NCBI GenBank assembly: GCA_964016885.1
Contig: OZ024743.1
Span: forward strand, 44,578,001-44,642,000
DNA length: 64,000 nt
Direction of reading: 5' to 3'
Origin: Eledone cirrhosa
Taxonomy: Eukaryota
The first letter of the stretch is position 1; every line of letters starts with the position of its first letter. This document shows, one piece after another, positions 60,305 to 64,000 of the stretch. The notes below the pieces were generated by a model. It ran no database searches. It was not told the DNA's origin and saw only the letters and a program-made list of their open reading frames with translations. Position numbers and translations under genes: made by a program.

Positions 60305-61775
60305 CACCGAGTAACATATTTTTTGTTCCCCGGTTCTAAGTGTTATTTCATGGTTTGTTATATCCCATTATTCTAAAAGAAAACACTATTATATAATCAG
60401 AAGTTTGGGTTTGTGGTCAGGAGTTTGATATTTCGAAATTTTCATATTTTCCAAGAAAAAACTCATTTTTTTTTTATTTATCAGTTCATATAATTAAATC
60501 AACAGAGTATATATTTATTTTATTACACAAGCTTATCAAAAGAAAACAATTAAAAACAAATAACACTTATAAAGCCACTTATACACGTCAGAAATGACTG
60601 GATATCCTGGATTTGCGGTTGTTGTCCAGGTCGCATTCCTGCACTAGCCCCCAGATATATTCCCCCATCATTATTTCATCGGTGAATTGGCAGTATCGGT
60701 AGAGGGTTGGACGCAATGCTTTGATGCATAGAGTTACGGCCCTTGCCATTCTGAGTTCAAATCCCGCCTAAGTTAACTTTGCCTTTCATCCTTACGGGGT
60801 CGATAAAATAAAGTACCAGCAATGCCCTGGGATAATTGCTGGCCTTGTGCCCAATGTAGAAACGATTATTTCATTGTAGTGGCTCTGGTATCTCCGCTCT
60901 ATCTCTTTCACATCTCGGTGGAATCGTTCGCCTTGTTCTTCTGAGTAGGCGCCCATATTGTCCTTGAATTTTTCCAGGTGAGCGTCCAGCATATGGAGTT
61001 TAAGCGACATCCTGCATCCCATGGCGCCAAAAGCCTTTATCAGATCCTGCACCAGTTGCTGGTAGTTTTCAGCTCTGTAGTTGCCCAGGAAGCCCTTAAC
61101 AACTGCCTTGAAACAGTTCCATGCTGTTCTCTCAATCATATTGAGCTTATTGGAGAACTCGGCAGACTCAAACACCTTCTTTATGTGAGGTCCAACAAAA
61201 ATTCCACCTTTGATTTTGGCTTCAGATAACTTGGGGAAGAACTCAAGAAGGTACTTAAAAGCGGCTGATTATTCACAAACTGCTTCATCAACCCCAACGT
61301 AATGTGCAGTAACGGCATGAGCACAATCCTGGGATCAACCAGTGGCTCCCACATGACGTTCCGGGTCCCAACTACAAATTCTGTTCGCTGCTCCCAGTTC
61401 TTTCTTTTGAAGTGGTAAGAGATGGCTCTGCTGTCCCAAAGGCAGAGGACGCATTGGAATTTAATAAAGCCTCATTGGTGTCCAAGCAGGAAACCCACCA
61501 TCTTGAAGTCTCCAATGATTTCCCAATTGTACTGGTTGTATTGCAGAGCTTCCAAGAGGACACTGTAATAATCTTCTTTCAGGCAGACTGAATGAGCTAG
61601 AGGCATAAACAAAATCATTTAACATAAGCAAATTAAACTTACATACAGCGTAAAATCCAGCATACAAATAATTCTAGTGAATAGCTTAGAATTTTTACAA
61701 ACCCGAACTTTTAACTGTTTAATAGCACTTTTTTTATTTATTTGGGACCTAAGCAACACAAAAAGTGATTACACG
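60305..61775 (-). mobile_element. Decayed CMC/Chapaev3-like DNA transposon, internally deleted
   Basis: MSLKLHML..H, SEEQGERFH, PLLHITLGL motifs; CACCG terminus at 60305. Confidence 0.75.
60680..60864 (+). mobile_element. Full-length tRNA-SINE with 10-bp TSD, inserted in the transposase
   Basis: TSD ATTATTTCAT at 60670-60679 and 60865-60874; removal restores YNEIMMGEYIW. Confidence 0.92.
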
Positions 61776-62391
61776 GGGAAATTACCCCCACACTGCTTAT
61801 TTATCACACCCCATTCTATTTCCATTTGTTTACTACAGGAATTATACACAGTACGAAAACTGATCGTTCCCTTTTGATCACGAAGCGAAAATCATATACT
61901 CTCTCACCTGGTGGTTTCCAGCATATTAAAGCAGAATACCGTTTTTAAATAGATTGCTGATTTCAACTGAAGCATAAACTACATCATTAAGTTGCATGAA
62001 TTTCCTGGTCTTCTTAATATTCGTTATTGTGTTATATTTAATTTGACATCATATTGATTGCTGAGTTGCTTTGTAACGCTTACCGCTTTATGTAAACTCT
62101 ATGTTAAGGTTGTATTGATTTTTAATATTGGTTCACACTCAATGTTACCTTGATCCGTATTTCATATTGATATCATTGTTAGTCATACTGCTTGTAAATG
62201 TGCATACATCTGTATGACTGTGTAGAACAGTAATACTGTGTATTAGACAGAAAATTGCCCTTTTTTCCTACCATAGTTTATTTATAAACAAACCTTATTG
62301 TGCACACTCTTATTGCTTGATTTTAAGATTTATCAACTCTGTGTTATCTTGATTCATTGACATTAGTATTTTTAATTATATCTTTTGTTGA

Positions 62392-63030
62392 AATGTATAG
62401 TTTCAAATATCTGGGAGCAATCGTTTCAGATGAAGGATCTAAACTCGAAGTACACGCCACATCTACCTAGAGCCGAGACCACAGTAGCACTCACAAAACT
62501 GTAGACCATCTAGAATGACAGGAAGACACATAACCGTCAGTTCAAAGATCAGACTGATACGCTCACTGCTCATGTCCATATTCTTGTATGCCTGTGGGCC
62601 TCGGACAATAAGAGCGGGACGGAAATGAAGGGCGCAGGCTATACAGATGAGATGCTTCAGAAAGCTCCTTCACATCCCCTACAGAGGCCGCATCTCCAAT
62701 AAGGATGTGCGAAATGTGGCAGCCATCGGGCCGAATGAATACCTACTGACCATTGTAAAACATTGAATACCATTGTAAAACAAAGCAAATTGATACGGTA
62801 CGGGCAGATGACAAGTTTTCAGGGTTTGTCAAGACTGTCCTGCAGGGATCAGTAGACGGACGGAGGAAGAGGGGCAAACAGAAAGAGAGATGGAAGGACA
62901 ACCTGGAATGGACAGGTATGAAGCTGAGTGCAACCATGAGGTGGAGAAGCTAGAGGAATGGAAGAAGCTGGTTATCATCTGTGGCGCCCCAACGGTCCAC
63001 TAGACTATGGGACAGATGAGAGATGAGAGA
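62392..63030 (+). mobile_element. Decayed RTE-clade LINE 3' fragment
   Basis: FKYLGAIVSDEGS, KIRLIRSL.MSIFLYAC, MRCFRKLL, GRRKRGKQK.RW.DN; GATGAGA repeat tail. Confidence 0.85.
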
Positions 63031-63349
63031 TAGTTCTCTAAGACTTTCTTTACATTAGTAGCACATTGTAATATACAGAAGACACACATTTTTCTCTGGA
63101 ATCAGTGAAAACAAAATTCAGCATTACAAAGCAAAGAGCACTATAAGTGAGTCATGAGCAAGTTAAATCACAGTGTGTGGTTTATATATATATATTTTTT
63201 TTCTTTTTAAAGAGTTAAACAATATTCAATGAGTACATAAAAGAATGAGTTTTACAGTAGATTGAAAGCACTCTACAAAAAGATATTTTCCAGATTTATT
63301 AATATTAAATTCAAATATTAATAAAATAGATGCTCTTGTGATCAATTAA

Positions 63350-63415
63350 ATTTTATTATACATATTTCAGAGGTACTTGAATCAAGTTCAATAGTACGTC
63401 CTCATCAGATAAAAT
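63350..63415 (-). ncRNA. Type I hammerhead ribozyme fold (left arm, mirror copy)
   Basis: Reverse complement of 63520-63585. Confidence 0.75.
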
Positions 63416-63519
63416 AAAATGATACATGACATACCCTGACATGTTAAATGGTTAAGATTTAATCAAAGTTGATTAAATCTTAACCATTTAACATGTCAGG
63501 GTATGTCATGGATCATTTT

Positions 63520-63585
63520 ATTTTATCTGATGAGGACGTACTATTGAACTTGATTCAAGTACCTCTGAAATATGTATAATAAAAT
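63520..63585 (+). ncRNA. Type I hammerhead ribozyme fold (right arm)
   Basis: Stem I ATTTTAT/ATAAAAT, CTGATGA, long stem II, GAAA, TATGTA, AUA site. Confidence 0.75.
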
Positions 63586-63624
63586 TTAATTGTCCACAAG
63601 AACATCTATTTTATTAATATTTGA

Positions 63625-63679
<55 letters not shown>

Positions 63680-64000
63680 CACATATGTTTATACACACAC
63701 ATATGTTCATATATATATATATATATATACATATAACACATATGTTATGGCTAAAACAGCACGATGTGCTGTGACCAGCGGCGTCGATTGGCGCCCGACC
63801 GTCTGGTGGGTCAAGGTAATCAAGGTGATATATATACTAGCAGTTTAGCCCGGCGTTGCTCGGGTTTGTTCATTTGCTATGAAAAGTTACATACCGGTAA
63901 ACGTGTCTTGAAAGCAAATAAGCTTATCAATTAAGTGCATAAAGCAGTTGAACCGGTTATTAAAAGTTACGAACCAATTAGCATTTTGGACAATCAATGA

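Larger units (their letters stand above)
63308..63627. repeat. Near-perfect 320-bp palindrome next to (TA)n
   Basis: 159-bp arms around AG at 63467-63468, few mismatches. Confidence 0.96.

Overview
Animal genomic DNA with no confidently identifiable host gene; it is most likely octopod cephalopod, inferred from the tRNA-derived SINE and the TA/TG/AAT microsatellite load. Bases 1-42,300 form a nearly gap-free array of young non-LTR retrotransposons, each bounded by (AAT)n tracts. Two R4/Dong-clade families (RT + CCHC + restriction-like endonuclease; 'A' and 'B', one A copy with an intact 1130-aa ORF) are always on the + strand. Tx1-clade elements (ORF1 CCHC; APE-RT-zf ORF2) and a tRNA-SINE are always on the - strand. 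The array shows modular exchange: A and B share a ~640-bp 5' leader, one copy is an A-leader/B-body chimera, and two Tx1 copies have nearly the same ORF2 but different 5'UTR/ORF1 modules. Bases 42,300-64,000 are older decayed repeats (Dong, Tx1, RTE, Chapaev-like transposase, piggyBac-like MITE, SINEs) plus short fold-back elements next to (TA)n tracts that carry minimal type I hammerhead ribozyme folds of the Penelope-associated kind. All comparisons were made by eye.
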